Shown here piece after piece: positions 50,211 to 63,937 of a stretch of DNA of 64,000 nucleotides. The stretch spans positions 214,644,001-214,708,000 of the forward strand of contig OX597814.1 of NCBI GenBank assembly GCA_951406725.2. The letters are read 5' to 3'. Made by a program: the position numbers and the translations under genes. This DNA comes from Octopus vulgaris (taxonomy: Eukaryota). The notes under the pieces were generated by a model. The model saw only the letters and a list, made by a program, of their open reading frames with translations, did not search any database and was not told the DNA's origin. Within the stretch, counting starts at the first letter, position 1; the number at the start of each line of letters is the position of its first letter.

Positions 50211-50551
50211 GTGTGTGTGTGTCTGTGTGTCTGTGTGTGTGTATGTTGCTGTGTTTACAAAACAAACCCCATTAGCATCCCCATCACCATCATCATCATC
50301 ACCATGTACAAGTTGACCTTTGCCTTTCTTCCTTTCAGGGCTGATAAAAGAAGTACCAGTTCAACACTGGTGTTAATATAATTGACTGACACCCCACCTC
50401 CGCAAAAAATAAATTCTAGCACTATACGAAAATTTGAAACCAATTTTAACATGAACATTTTTCTCTAAATATTCTCTTTCACATTCTCTCTCTCTCTTTT
50501 TTCCCCTTTCACTTGCTCTCTATTTCTCCTTCTCCTCCTTGCTCACATATA

Positions 50552-50583
<32 letters not shown>

Positions 50584-50591
50584 AATGTATA

Positions 50592-50623
<32 letters not shown>

Positions 50624-50833
50624 ATAAAGGGTAAAATTAATTAATTAATTAATAATTAATCATTTTACCATGTAGTTAGGTATGTTAAAAGAACCATTAT
50701 CGGTAAACTTAAACAAAAAGGGAGATTTTCTTATTGTTGTGAAATAGTTAGTTTTAACTGCTATTTCTAAATTTCGGTATGTGGTGAAGCAAATTTTTGC
50801 TGAACACTAATTATAATTATAATCATAATTATA

Positions 50834-50868
<35 letters not shown>

Positions 50869-50872
<4 letters not shown>

Positions 50873-51272
50873 CAGGAGTGGCTGTGTGGTAAGTAGCTTG
50901 CTAACCAGCCACATGGTTCCAGATTCAGTCCCACTGCATGGCATCTTGGGCAAGAGTCTTCTGCTATAGCCCCGGGCCGACCAATGCTTTGTGAGTGGAT
51001 TTGGTAGACGGAAACTGAAAGAAGTCTGTCGTATATATGTATATATATATATCTGTGTGTTTGTATGTCTGTGTTTGTCCCCCTAGCATTGCTTGACAAC
51101 CGATGCTGGTGTGTTTATGTCCCTGTCACTTAGTGGTTCGGCAAAAAAGAGACCGATAGAATAAGTACTGGGCTTACAAAGAATAAGTCCTGGGGTCGAT
51201 TTGCTCGACTAAAGGCGGTGCTCCAGCATGGCCGCAGTCAAATGACTGAAACAAGTAAAAGAGTAAAAGAGT
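50869..51272 (+). mobile_element. SINE family A
   Basis: Full-length match. Confidence 0.9.
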
Positions 51273-51289
51273 ATATGTATATATTCATG

Positions 51290-51770
51290 CGTGAGGTGGT
51301 CAAGCATGACCTCAGAGCATTGGGCCTCACTGAGGCAATGGCGAAGGACCGAGATCTCTGGAGATATGCTGTGACTACAAAGACCCGGGCTGCTTTCTGC
51401 AGCAATTCCACATACCCCCTACCCATTCTAAGTACCCCGGATCCCCAAAGTACCCTGGATCCCCAAAGTACCCCGATCCCCAAAGTACCCCGGACCTCGT
51501 TGCCCCCGTGCCGCTGACACGTTAAAATGCTCGAACCGATCGTGGCCGATGCCGGACCCTCCAGCCCCTGTGCAGGTGGCACGTAAAAAGCACCCAATCC
51601 ACTCACGGAGTGGTTGGCGTTAGGAAGGGCATCCAGCCGTAGAAACTCTGCCAGATTCAGACTGGAGCCTGGAGCGGCCCCTGGCTTCCCAGACCCGGTC
51701 GAACCGTCCAACCCGTGCTAGCGCGGAAAGCGGACGTTAAACGATGATGATGATGATGATGATGATGATG
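51290..51770 (+). mobile_element. RTE 3' end (distinct subfamily with an 18-bp minisatellite at 51430-51495)
   Basis: EVVKHDLRALGLTEAMAKDRDLWRYAV followed by UTR and (GAT)n. Confidence 0.85.
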
Positions 51771-52334
51771 TAATGCTTGTTAGACATATGACTAATAAAT
51801 GTTTGCAATAAACATACATGCATGCACTTACATATAGGTGTGTGTTTGCATGTGCATGGTTGTTTGTGTGAGTGAGAGAGAGAGAGAGAGAAAGAGGGAA
51901 TAAACAATGATTGGAATGTATGTACCTGTATGATTTTGTAGACGAAGAGTAGATATTGTGTATACATGTAGCTCCAGACACACAGACACACAGACACACA
52001 CACCTTCTTTGATCTACGTCTTTCTTGGACAGACTCCACCATTAAATTAACCAAAACTGTTGCCTGGTACACACGATCCGCTAACATCACATATCCATAT
52101 TAATACAGCTGGGTTTCTTGCACATGTTGACCAAAAACCTCTGAACTGTTTTTCTATTTACCTGCACTCAGCTTTCTTTGGAACTGAAAGTTAATTGCCT
52201 ATATCCATGTATATATATATATGTGTGTGTGTGTGTGTGCATATATATATATACACACACACACACACATATATATATATAGATAGATACATACATACAT
52301 ACATACACATATATAAATAAATATATATAGATCC

Positions 52335-52444
<110 letters not shown>

Positions 52445-52476
52445 TTTATTTTAAGCAGCAGAAAATTCAACAAAAT

Positions 52477-52514
52477 CTGTTACTCTGAGTTTCTCATTGC
52501 CGTTCATCAGACAG
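52477..52514 (-). ncRNA. Minimal type I HHR motif
   Basis: ctgt CTGATGA acggcaatga GAAA ctcagag TA acag. Confidence 0.8.
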
Positions 52515-52529
52515 TTATTCTAGCAAAAA

Positions 52530-52567
52530 CTGTCTGATGAACGGCAACGAGAAACTCAGAGTAAAAG
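52530..52567 (+). ncRNA. Minimal type I HHR motif
   Basis: ctgt CTGATGA a-cg-gcaa-cg-a GAAA ctcagag TA aaag. Confidence 0.78.
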
Positions 52568-52669
52568 ATTTTGTTGAATTTTCTGCTGCTTAAAATAAAG
52601 CATATTACTCTACCACTGGTATTTGAGTACTCTTTTTTCCACCTTGTTTCACATTTATGAGTTTACTCC

Positions 52670-52707
<38 letters not shown>

Positions 52708-53212
52708 TAGATAGATACATACATACATACATACATACATACATACATACATACATACACATATATAAATAAATATATATATATATATATATGCACATAT
52801 ATGTATGTATATGTACATATATATTTATACATATGTATGTATGTATGTATCTATCTGTATATATGTATGTGTGTGTGTGCATGTGTATGTGTGTGTATCT
52901 AAGTATGTATGTGCATGCATTTCTGTATGTGTGTATATGTTATTTTCTATGTGTTTCTATGCCTGTTGATCTCCATATTTTTTAATCTTTTTTTGTTTTA
53001 GTTATTTTATAATTAGTTTTCCTTCTTAGTGTAAGTCACCCAGCCATTAAAACATGAAACATTAATCCCAAAATGCCGTTCCATATTCAGCAGACAATAA
53101 AGGTTCCTCACTTTCTAGTCATTGCAGATCTGTATTAATTTCTCAGGGTTTGGCGCATACTTCTTAAATGTAATCTGTATTATGTAACATACAACAGAGC
53201 TATTATCTTACA

Positions 53213-53417
53213 CTTTTACTTGTTTCAGTCATTTGACTGTGGCCATGCTGGAGCACCACCTTTAGTTGAGCAAATCGACTCCGGGACTTATTCTTTGTAA
53301 GCCCAGTACTTATTCTATCGGTCTCTTTTTGCCGAACCGCTAGGTGACGGGGACGTAAACACACCAGCATCGGTTGTCAAGAGATGTTGGGGGACAAACA
53401 CAGACACACAAACATAT

Positions 53418-53477
<60 letters not shown>

Positions 53478-53638
53478 GACAGGCTTCTTTCAGTTTCCGT
53501 CTACCAAATCCACTCACAAGGCATTGGTCGGCCCGAGGCTATAGCAGAAGACACTTGCCCAAGATGCCATGCAGTGGGACTGAACCCGGAACCATGTGGT
53601 TGGTAAGCAAGATACTTTACCACACAGCCACTCCTGCA
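53213..53638 (-). mobile_element. SINE family A
   Basis: Full-length match. Confidence 0.9.
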
Positions 53639-53945
53639 CTGATGTCACTCATTACATAGCAGCCATGCTGGAGCACCACCTTCATGGGTCTTTAGTCAAT
53701 GACTTACTCAGTTTTTTTTCCTTTATTCTCTTACTTGTTTCAGTCATTTGATGTGGCCATGCTGGAGTACCACCTTGAAGTGTTTTTGTTGAACAATTTG
53801 ACCCCTGGACTTATTTTCAAGCCTAGTGCTATTGGTATCTTTGTCGAACTGCTAAGTTACGAGGATGTAAACACACCAACACCGGTTGTCAAGCGATGAT
53901 GAGATAAAAAAACACAGTCACAAAGACACACACACACAGATATAT

Positions 53946-54059
<114 letters not shown>

Positions 54060-54068
54060 CACACACAC

Positions 54069-54389
54069 ATACTGTTGTGTCTGGGGAGAGTCATTTTCTT
54101 TTTGTGCCTTATAATGTAACACACTCACCGGTAACATTTCCACTTATTTCTTACTTTTATTTTCCTAAAATTTTCATTGTGCCTTGCAACTTTTTTAATA
54201 GTCTTGACTCTGTCCGTAAATAACAGACAGAGTCAAGACTATTAAAAATGTTGCAAGACAATGAAAATTTTACCGGTGAGTGTGTTAAATTATAAGGCAC
54301 AAAAAGAAAATGACTCTCCCCAGACACAACAGTATATGCTTCAACACACAGACTCACATAAAGAATCTTGCAAACCAAATCCAAAAATG

Positions 54390-54392
<3 letters not shown>
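54069..54392. mobile_element. Fold-back element in (TA)n context
   Basis: Arms ~54069-54214 and ~54226-54335 (right arm lacks ~33 bp); tail also present at 103-165. Confidence 0.8.
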
Positions 54393-54455
<63 letters not shown>

Positions 54456-54457
<2 letters not shown>

Positions 54458-54610
54458 GATGGGCTTCTTTCAGTTTCTGTCTGCCAAATCCACTCACAAG
54501 ACTTTGGTTGGCCTGAGGCTATAGTAGAAGACAGTTGCCCAAGATGCCATGCAGTGGGACTGAACCAGAAACCATGTGGTTGGGAAGCAAGCTTCTTGCC
54601 ACACTGCCAT
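54456..54610 (-). mobile_element. SINE family A, 5' half
   Basis: Matches the family A head. Confidence 0.8.
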
Positions 54611-54879
54611 TTTATCATTATTTATTAAATGGCTACGTGCACCTCTCAGACATAAAAGGATACAACTCAACATAATATACTAGTTTATTTAATGTAGGAA
54701 TGTTTCTGCACAGTTTTCTTTCTTGAATTTAATTCATGAGGTATTTTTCAGCTAGAAACTACAGTAAAAGACACTTGTTCAAAGAGTTGGGCAGTGGAAT
54801 CAAATGCTGAACCAAAACGTTGCAAAACAAACTTCTTCACTTCATGGCCTTGCCTGCATCTAAATATAGAAAGAATTAA

Positions 54880-55162
54880 TCTTTATATATAAAAGTGAAG
54901 TTGTGTGTCTGTCTCCTACGATTTAGATTCCTAACTACTCCCACATTTTGCGGTGCAGTTTATCTTATAGTCGTGATTCATATCGAGCCCTTCTGGGTAT
55001 TAGCGCGTGTCTACGATGAGTCTACAATTTAAAAAAAAAATTACCATAATTTTTTTCCCATTTTTAATGCATTTTTTTGCTATTTTTTGGCTATAACTCT
55101 CTAAAAATGCTTATATAGTTATTTCCCTTACAAACCCGAGCAACACCGGGCGATACTGCTAG
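54880..55162 (+). mobile_element. Non-autonomous Helitron
   Basis: A|TC start (tctttatatataaaag), subterminal hairpin cccg-agcaacac-cggg, CTAG|T end, no TSD. Confidence 0.8.
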
Positions 55163-55368
55163 TTCTGTATAAAAAAAGTCCTTCTAGCTTTGTTATAAAA
55201 ACATTGAATAGTTATGTGTATAGGCATTGGTTTGTGGCAAAAAAGTTTAGTTTGCAATTATGTGGTTTAGGTTCAATCCTTCTGCACAGTTCCTTGGGTA
55301 GATGTCTTCTGCTGTAGTCTTGCTTGACCAAAGCCTTGTGAGTGAATAATTTGGTAGAGAGAAATTAA

Positions 55369-55600
55369 AGGCGGCGAGCTGGCAGAATCTTTTACATGCC
55401 AGGCGAAATGCTTAGCAGTATTTTGTCTGTCGCTACGTTCTGAGTTCAAATTCCGCTGAGGTCAAGTTTGCCTTTCATCCTTTCAGGGTCGATAAATTAA
55501 GTACCATTTACGCACTGGGGTCGATGAAATCGACTTAACCCCTTTCTCTGCCCTTGTTTGTCCCCTCTATGTTTAGCCACTTGTGGGCAATAAAGAAATA
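55369..55600 (+). mobile_element. SINE family B
   Basis: Full-length match; agaaattaaa repeated on both sides. Confidence 0.88.
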
Positions 55601-55657
55601 AGAAATTAAAAGAAACTCATTTTCTACGCATGCACACGTGTGCGTGTGCATGCGTGT

Positions 55658-55718
<61 letters not shown>

Positions 55719-56111
55719 GGTGAGTATGTATGCATACATATAGATATATCTGTGTGTGTTTGTATTTGCTTGTCTTGATAACGTGTGGTAATTGTAAACA
55801 AGCTTCAATGTCATACAAGTGGTGTCATTTGTTTAAAATCTTCCATGAAACAATTTCCAGCCAACATGCTGTTTATGTTTGAAGGATTAGTGGAAATATT
55901 CAGTATTACCTTATTTGGAATTAAGTAAGAGTTGGCAACTGGAATAGCATCTAACCATAAAAAAAACTGCCTCGTTGAATTTCATTTGAACTATAATGAT
56001 GATGATGATGATGATTCTCTAGTGAGAATGTATGAATCTACAATGAGAGATTAGAGTTTTTTTTTTTTTTACCTAACTAGAGCTTAGCTACAATTTGAAT
56101 CCCATATGCTC

Positions 56112-56169
<58 letters not shown>

Positions 56170-56611
56170 ACTTTAGATAACTATCAATACTTGAGCTAAT
56201 GTATGTGAGGTATAAATTTTGTAAACAGTTTAAAAAGAAAAAGACACCGCAGAGTATATGGATTAATTAATTAATTAGCAAAATGTAGATTTGAATATTT
56301 TTAGATTTCGTGGAAAAAAAAAATGTAATTTCTTATCCTATTATTCTTTCATTCTCTTTCTCTTTCTTTTATTCTTTTTTCCTTTTTTTTTTGCCTCATA
56401 ATCTCTTCCTTTATCTCCTTTCTCTCACTTCTTTCAGCACCCACTCATTTCAACATTATTAACAAATAGATGATTAATTGCTGTCAGAAACAAAATTCCA
56501 AATATCAAAAATTGTATAAGAATTTGTAATTCGTTTGAAGAGATTCAATGTGGGTAAATGATATAAATGTTTGAAAAACCTGTAAGTAATGTAGGTGAAA
56601 GAATCTGTCAT

Positions 56612-56981
<370 letters not shown>

Positions 56982-57609
56982 TATATACGCAACCTTGTGT
57001 AGAACCTCCAAGACTAAATATGCAAAGCAAGAACCCTTAGAGGTTCTCTTTTGTATGGAAAACATGAGCAGAGCACATATCACAGAAAGTTGTCTGTTTA
57101 GAACAATCTTTGGAATGAAACACTCCAAGAATGATGACAAGAGGTGATAAATATCAATTGGGTGGCATTGCACAGAATGGTACATCTCTTGGTAGTTTTT
57201 CTGAGAAAGAACAATTACAGATGAGGACCATTGTAACTTGTAGCAAGGAATGTTGTAGAGGGAACCAATGGGAAATCATAGCTTTATTGGTGGACTGGCA
57301 GTTACTGCATGATGAGGAGAGAGGCTTTGTCAGTTAGTCAGATGGTCTACATCTGTATTCTAAGGTGACAGTTTATCTAACCATTTGAATAATGATGATG
57401 ATGATGATGATGGTAGTAGTGATGGTGGTGGTGGTGGTGGTGGTGATGTTGCTGATGGTGAGGATAATGTAGGTGGTGGTGATGGTGATGGTGATGGTGA
57501 TGGTGGTAGTGACTTTCATCCCTGAAAGGGAAATGCAAAGCTATGTGATTGAGTCTTCAGAAGAGAGAATAATCGAGGTCATCCAACCATTTTTTGTTGA
57601 TGACCTTAA

Positions 57610-57830
57610 CCCTTTCGTTACCAACCCGGCTAAAACCGGCTCTGGCTCTGTAGTACAAATGTTTTGTTTTCATAAGTTTTGAATTAAAATCTTCCACCAA
57701 ATCTTAGTTACAATTTATGTTACTGACACTAGCTGAATGATAACTAAGTTGTTTTATTAAATTCTTTGTTATATTTAAATTAATTGGAAGAAACACAGAA
57801 CATCTCAAAATAAATACAGTAGTGAAAGGA
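57610..57830. mobile_element. piggyBac-type MITE (P2)
   Basis: Matches 36438-36637. Confidence 0.82.
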
Positions 57831-57989
57831 AGTTGTATTTGAGTAATATTCCTGACACCAAGAGATGGTGAGAACTGGTCACAACATTCTTGTGAGATAC
57901 AGGAATGATGTTTGGTCAGGAAAAGTGTTCGTATTTGGTAGCTAAACAAAGAAAGATTGTTAATCAGTAAAAGAATATGGATACTAATG

Positions 57990-58330
57990 GCTTATCTACC
58001 TCCCCTATCGCTAGTAATAAATGATACAGATACTTTAGAATTGATGAGAATGTTGAATATGTTGGTACAGTGAAGAAATCTAAGAAATGACAAAAGAATA
58101 TTTCAAAAGATTTCTGGTGAAATGGAAGTCCGAGCTGTCTGCATTCAATAAAACCATTTCTCACAATATTTACACAGTGCCAGTGCTAGTACCACAATTT
58201 GGGATTCTGGGTTGGTCACTTGAAGAAATTACAAATTGGACATCAGAATTAGAAAGATACAGACAACTATTGGTAACTTCCACATCAGCAGTGACACTGA
58301 TAGAATCTATGTTAGATGGAGGAGGAATGA
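57990..58330 (+). pseudogene. Decayed R4-type LINE RT C-terminal region
   Basis: KEYFKR....KSELSAFNKTISHNIYTVPVLVPQFGILGWSLEEI. Confidence 0.7.
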
Positions 58331-58483
58331 ATGTAGCAATCGGTTTAGTTAGCCTTTAGATCAACTATTTTTGCCTATGGCATCCGCCCCCCCCTTTGAC
58401 TTATATAGACCCCCTTTGATTCCTATGTCACTTGAGTGTAGTCTCATACACGTTCAAAGTTTAAAAAATTCTTCCATACTTTT

Positions 58484-58906
58484 ATACTCTTACTCTCTTT
58501 TACTCTTTTACTTGTTTCAATCATTTGACTGTGACCATGCTGGAGCACCGCCTTTAGTCGAGCAAATCGACCCCAGGACTTATTCTTTGTAAGCCTAGTA
58601 CTCATTCTATCGGACTCTTTTGCCGAACTGCTAAGTTACAGGGACGTAAACACACCAGCATTGGTTGTCAAACGATGTTGGGGGTAAAAAACACAGACGC
58701 ACAAACACACACACACACACATATACATATAAACATGTATATGACGGGCTTCTTTCAGTCTCCGTCTACCAAATCTACTCACAAGGCTTTGGTCGGTCTA
58801 AGGCTATAGTAGAAGACACTTGCCCAAGGTGCCATGCAGCGGGACTGAACCTGGAACCATGTGGTTCGTAAGCAAGCTACTTACCACACTGCCACTCCTA
58901 CGCCTA
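58484..58906 (-). mobile_element. SINE family A
   Basis: Full-length match. Confidence 0.9.
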
Positions 58907-59006
58907 TAATTAACTATTATTAAGAATTATCTTTAAAAAGTTGTTAAAATATTTTGTGTAGTGTATAAGTATAACCAGTTCATTTGCACATAAATCTTAA
59001 CAATAA

Positions 59007-59056
59007 AATCTTATATGGACCCCTAAGGGATGTACAGACCCTGGCTGAGAACCACT
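59007..59056 (-). mobile_element. End fragment of the hAT MITE family at 21326
   Basis: aaatcttatatggaccc...ggctgagaaccactg is the reverse complement of 21326-21377. Confidence 0.6.
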
Positions 59057-59151
59057 GACTCTAGACGGGGTGTTGCATCTTTTAGGCAACAGCTACTGAG
59101 CAGAAAAAGAGAAATGAGTATATCATGTGTATAGTCACCCTCAAAAGTAAT

Positions 59152-59529
59152 GTGTGGAAGCACTCCGTTGGTTACGACGACGAGGGTTCCAATTGATCCG
59201 AATCAACGGAACAGCCTGCTCGTGAATTTAACGTGCATGTGGCTGAGCACTCCACAGACACGTGTACCCTTAACGTAGTTCTCGGGGATATTCAGCGTGA
59301 CAAGGCCGGCCCTTTGAAATACAGGTACAACAGAAACAGGAAGTAAAAGTGAGAGAAAGTTGTGGTGAAAGAGTACAGCAAGGATCACCACCATCCCCTG
59401 CCGGAGCCTCGTGGAGCTTTTTAGGTGTTTTCGCTCAATAAACACTCACAACGCCCGGTCTGGGAATCGAAACCGCGATCCTATGACCGCGAGTCCGCTG
59501 CCCTAACCACTGGGCCATTGCGCCTCCAC
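59152..59529 (-). mobile_element. tRNA-headed SINE (body 1 + tail X) with TSD
   Basis: caccctcaaaagtaat at 59136-59151 and 59527-59542. Confidence 0.92.
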
Positions 59530-59544
59530 CCTCAAAAGTAATAA

Positions 59545-60330
59545 CATCATGAGATTAGATGAAGAACTCCCAAACAAGTACTCTGAGTGTACAACCATTC
59601 TGTGTGACCCCAAGAGTGGCTGGACTAATGTATTTAAACAGAGGCTTGAAGGAGAAATACTCAGCATACTAGCAGAAAGTTATGCATCCTGCGAGCTTGA
59701 GAACACTAATTATAATGACAAGAATAGTAGCCTCACCTGAGCCTGTGATAAATATATCATATCTTACCTAGAACAGGTGAGGCTACTATTCTTGTCAGGA
59801 ACAGGAGATAGCTACTAAGTATCTGATCAACAAGAAAGATAAGGAAGCTTCTAGATTTCCACAATGTGATAAGAAATGTTGATTGTGCCATACCTGTATG
59901 GAAAATATCGACTACATCATTAGCAGCCGCCTAAAAATGTCTGCAAGATACTATCTTCCCACAAGACATGATATTGTCACTAAGATTACCTAACATACTA
60001 TACTCAGGAAGGATTGTTCTGATGGCCATACCAATGTTACATAAGAATCGTAATGTTATCACATCTTTAAAAATAAAGAATACAGGTGGAACATTCCACC
60101 ACCCCAACAAAAAAAAACAAAAAAATCTAAAACAGCAACCTTGTGTTAACAAAGTGAGCCAAATATTGTTCCATGAGACAGAGATTAAAAGTTATGCACT
60201 GTTGTAGAAATCAGTTGCCTAGGAGATATGAACGTTTCATTAGAATTTGGAAAAAGAAGGGAACATCCATAGAGAACAAAAGAGAAACTTATAGTTCTAA
60301 TATTCAGGCTGTAGACTTTCATTATGTCTA
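59545..60330 (+). pseudogene. Decayed R4-type LINE zinc-knuckle/endonuclease region
   Basis: KKC*LCHTCMENIDYIISSRLKMSARYYLPTRHDIV near 59870-59980. Confidence 0.65.
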
Positions 60331-60444
60331 TTATCATATATGTATCAGAGCTATGATGTTCATCTTGCTCTGATATATATTGTGTTTTTAACACATGTCT
60401 ATAATAGGATGTCGTCTCAGACAATCACCCTGCGTCATGCTCTT

Positions 60445-60910
60445 TAAAGATGTATAACATACAGAGTGGCCGCTGGCAACAAGACTCTGCACCATACCAA
60501 CACAAGAAGGAGAACCCAGTCATGGCTGTCAGACAATTTCTGCGACCACATTACCCTTAACATCTGACCATATACCTCACCAAACTGTAACACCTTGATC
60601 ATTATGTGTAGGGCGCAGGTGAGCGAGAGACCAACAAACTCCTTGTAACACCAAAGATGAAGTGAAGGCAAGGATTATGGGCAGCATTCACCAACTTAAA
60701 CAAGGAGACCATTCAGAAGAGTTGTAGGAGATTCCAAAGTCATCTGTGGGCCATAGTTGAAGCCAATGGCGATTTTATTGAATTTATTTACTCTTTAGTA
60801 TTTCAAGATATTTCAAAGTAATTTTAGTAAATATATCTGTTAAAATGAGATGTCAGTATTATTTTCATTTTTGCATAATTTAGATGACAGTTTATTCACT
60901 GCACCCTGTA
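60445..60910 (+). mobile_element. maT (DD37D) Tc1/mariner-type transposon 3' part
   Basis: WQQDSAP..T..RTQSWLSDNF....NI*P..SPNCN.LD (D-37-D spacing after frameshift repair), VEANGDFIE, TIR end caccctgTA. Confidence 0.78.
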
Positions 60911-61047
60911 TATATATACATATCCAACTCCATACCTACCTTCTTATCTACCTACCCATATCTTCTTATCTACCTTCTTATCTACCTACCCATCAATCTA
61001 CATATTTACATATCTAGCTATTTACCTATTCATCTATCCATCTACAT

Positions 61048-61087
<40 letters not shown>

Positions 61088-61090
61088 ATA

Positions 61091-61122
<32 letters not shown>

Positions 61123-61123
61123 C

Positions 61124-61166
<43 letters not shown>

Positions 61167-61175
61167 CATCTATCC

Positions 61176-61218
<43 letters not shown>

Positions 61219-61227
61219 CATCTATCC

Positions 61228-61284
<57 letters not shown>

Positions 61285-61286
<2 letters not shown>

Positions 61287-61555
61287 ATCATCATCATCAT
61301 CATTGTTTAGCGTCCGCTTTCAATGCTAGCATGGATTGGACGGTTCAACTGGGGTCTGGGAAGCCAGAAGGCTGCACCAGGACCAGTCTGATCTGGCAAT
61401 GTTTCTACAGCTGGATGCCCTTCCTAACGCCAACCACTCCATGAGTGTAGTGGGTGCTTTTTACGTGCCACCGGCACAGGTGCCAGACGAGTCTGGCAAA
61501 CGGCCACGATCGGATGGTGCTTTTTATGTGCCACCGGCACGGGGCCAGGCGAGGC

Positions 61556-61556
<1 letters not shown>
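61285..61556 (-). mobile_element. RTE 3' end inserted in (CTAT)n (61050-61695)
   Basis: UTR units and (GAT)n tail. Confidence 0.85.
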
Positions 61557-61586
<30 letters not shown>

Positions 61587-61630
61587 GTCTATCTATCTGT
61601 CTATCTATCTATCTATCTATCCATCTATCC

Positions 61631-61695
<65 letters not shown>

Positions 61696-62242
61696 CTGGT
61701 CTATCTGTGTGTGTGTATGTGTGTGTGTGCCCTTCCCTCACCAGATGGATCTGTTTACCTCAAGCTAACACCTCCTACCTCTGCTATTATCGTCCCAGCT
61801 ATCCAATTGTCTACTATTTATTGCATATTGCACCACTGACAGTCATTAACAATAGCTTCTAACCCCCCTCAACTCACTCACACAGAAAACATATTCACTG
61901 CACCCTTCTTAACCATCCCTAAAAATAGCATCTTGGTATTTCCAAACGGTTTCTTATCATTATCACCTGAAAAAGGATTTCGTTAATCTTATTAATAACG
62001 GCTCCCACCTCAATCTGGCACCTCCATTTATGTGATTTACACTTCATTCACCTGTTCATAATGATTTTGTTTCAAGGAATTTTCCTCAAGTATTTACGTA
62101 TTTATTTATAGAAACGTTAATTGTTGTCAATTTTAAACTAGTAGAAATTGTTTTACAGACAGGTGTGGCAGTAGTGTTGCCATACCTCATGTGTGTGTGG
62201 AATTCCCCTTCTATAAATAGAAGCCACGCAGAGGTATCACCA

Positions 62243-62280
62243 GCTGACTGATGAAGCAGAAATGAGAAACTTGAGTTAGC
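62243..62280 (+). ncRNA. Minimal HHR-like motif (imperfect helix I)
   Basis: gctga CTGATGA agcagaaatga GAAA cttgag TT agc. Confidence 0.5.
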
Positions 62281-62333
62281 AACACGTTCAGCTTAGACCC
62301 TCATTAAAACGATGGTGATGATGATGATGATGA

Positions 62334-62433
<100 letters not shown>

Positions 62434-62901
62434 ATATATATATATATAATATATATAATATATATATATATATATATTGGTAAAAACAGTAAGATAACAA
62501 AAGAAAGAAAGAGACCTCAATATTATGTAAATAGAGGAAATTTATCTATAAAATAATATGTACAATTACTCAATAGTCAAGATAAAATTTGCATGTATAT
62601 ATATATATATATATATATAGATAGATAGATAGATAGATAGAGATATACATAGGCGTACATACATACTTGCATACATATGTACATATATAAACATACACAC
62701 ATATAAATATATATATATATATGTATATTTATATATGTATATATATATATATATGTATGTATATATTTATGTAGATATACACAGAGATTGATAGATACTG
62801 GACAAGTTTGTAAATAAACTTATGTCCACATGTTAACAGGCAAATAATATTTACAAATTTATCCACAAATATGCTGTCCCTGTACTCTAGTTAATTAGTT
62901 A

Positions 62902-62939
<38 letters not shown>

Positions 62940-63125
62940 ATGCATACATATATACTGTATACATACTTACATAAGCATAAGTGTGAAAACAAAATTTGCT
63001 TAGGGGGTGCAAAACCAGTTTTTCAGGTGGAAATTCAATGCATTTTCATTGCCCCACCCCCATAGCAAAATTTTAGGGGGTGTACTTGCAGCTCCTGCAT
63101 CCCCTGTTCTCCAGCCTATGTACAT

Positions 63126-63508
63126 AGGTACGGGCATGGTTGTGTAGTTATAAAGTTTTACTATAGCCTCGGGCTTTGTGAGTGGATTTGGTAGATGGAA
63201 ACTGAAAGAAGCCTGCTGTATATATATATTATGTATATGTATATATATGTATATATGTATATATATTATGTATATGTATATATATGTATGTGTATATGTT
63301 TGCATATCTGTGTTTGTCCCCCCACCATCACTTGACAACTAATGCTGGTGTGTTTACATCTCTGTAACTTAGCAGTTCGACATAAGAGACTGATAGAATA
63401 AGTACTAGGCTTACAAAGAATAAGTCCTAGGGTCAATGTGTTTGACTAAAGGCGGTGTTCCAGCATGGCCATAGTCAGATGACTGAAATGAATAAAAGAA
63501 TAAAAGAA
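63126..63508 (+). mobile_element. SINE family A with internal deletions
   Basis: Family A body and tail. Confidence 0.82.
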
Positions 63509-63540
63509 TATATATATATATATATATATAGATACATACA

Positions 63541-63937
63541 TACAGGGTGCGATGGGTAAATTGTCGCCATTTTATACTTTTAATGTTGGACATGCGCATT
63601 GTTTGTTTCCGATTTTGGTGAGTATACAGTATAGTAGGGTCAGTTGGGCACCGTTTGTGAGAAAAACAATACCATGTCACAATTTACTCTGCCAGAAATT
63701 TGGAAATGGCATGCTGTACTGCTTGGCATTCACACCAGAAGCTCCAATACGAAAATTTCAGAGTGTTTGGGTGTCAATGTGAGGACAATGCAATCTAAGG
63801 ACATGTACCAAGAGTGATAAAAATCAAACATCCAGTCAACATCATGGTATTTGGAGCGATCACTATGACTCCATTTATCTTTAAAGTTATTTTAATTTTT
63901 GATTAATTTAGACAACAGTTTTTCACCACACCCTGTA
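63541..63937 (+). mobile_element. Internally deleted maT-type element
   Basis: TAcagggtg...caccctgTA ends; KHPVNIMVFGAIT remnant; same right end as 60445-60910. Confidence 0.8.

Noticed and set aside
51995-52130. Possible host exon (MLADRVYQ...RRSKK followed by gt)
   Set aside because: The in-frame upstream VQETQLY*YGYVM resembles the RTE VQERRLRWYGHV motif; more likely an old LINE fragment.
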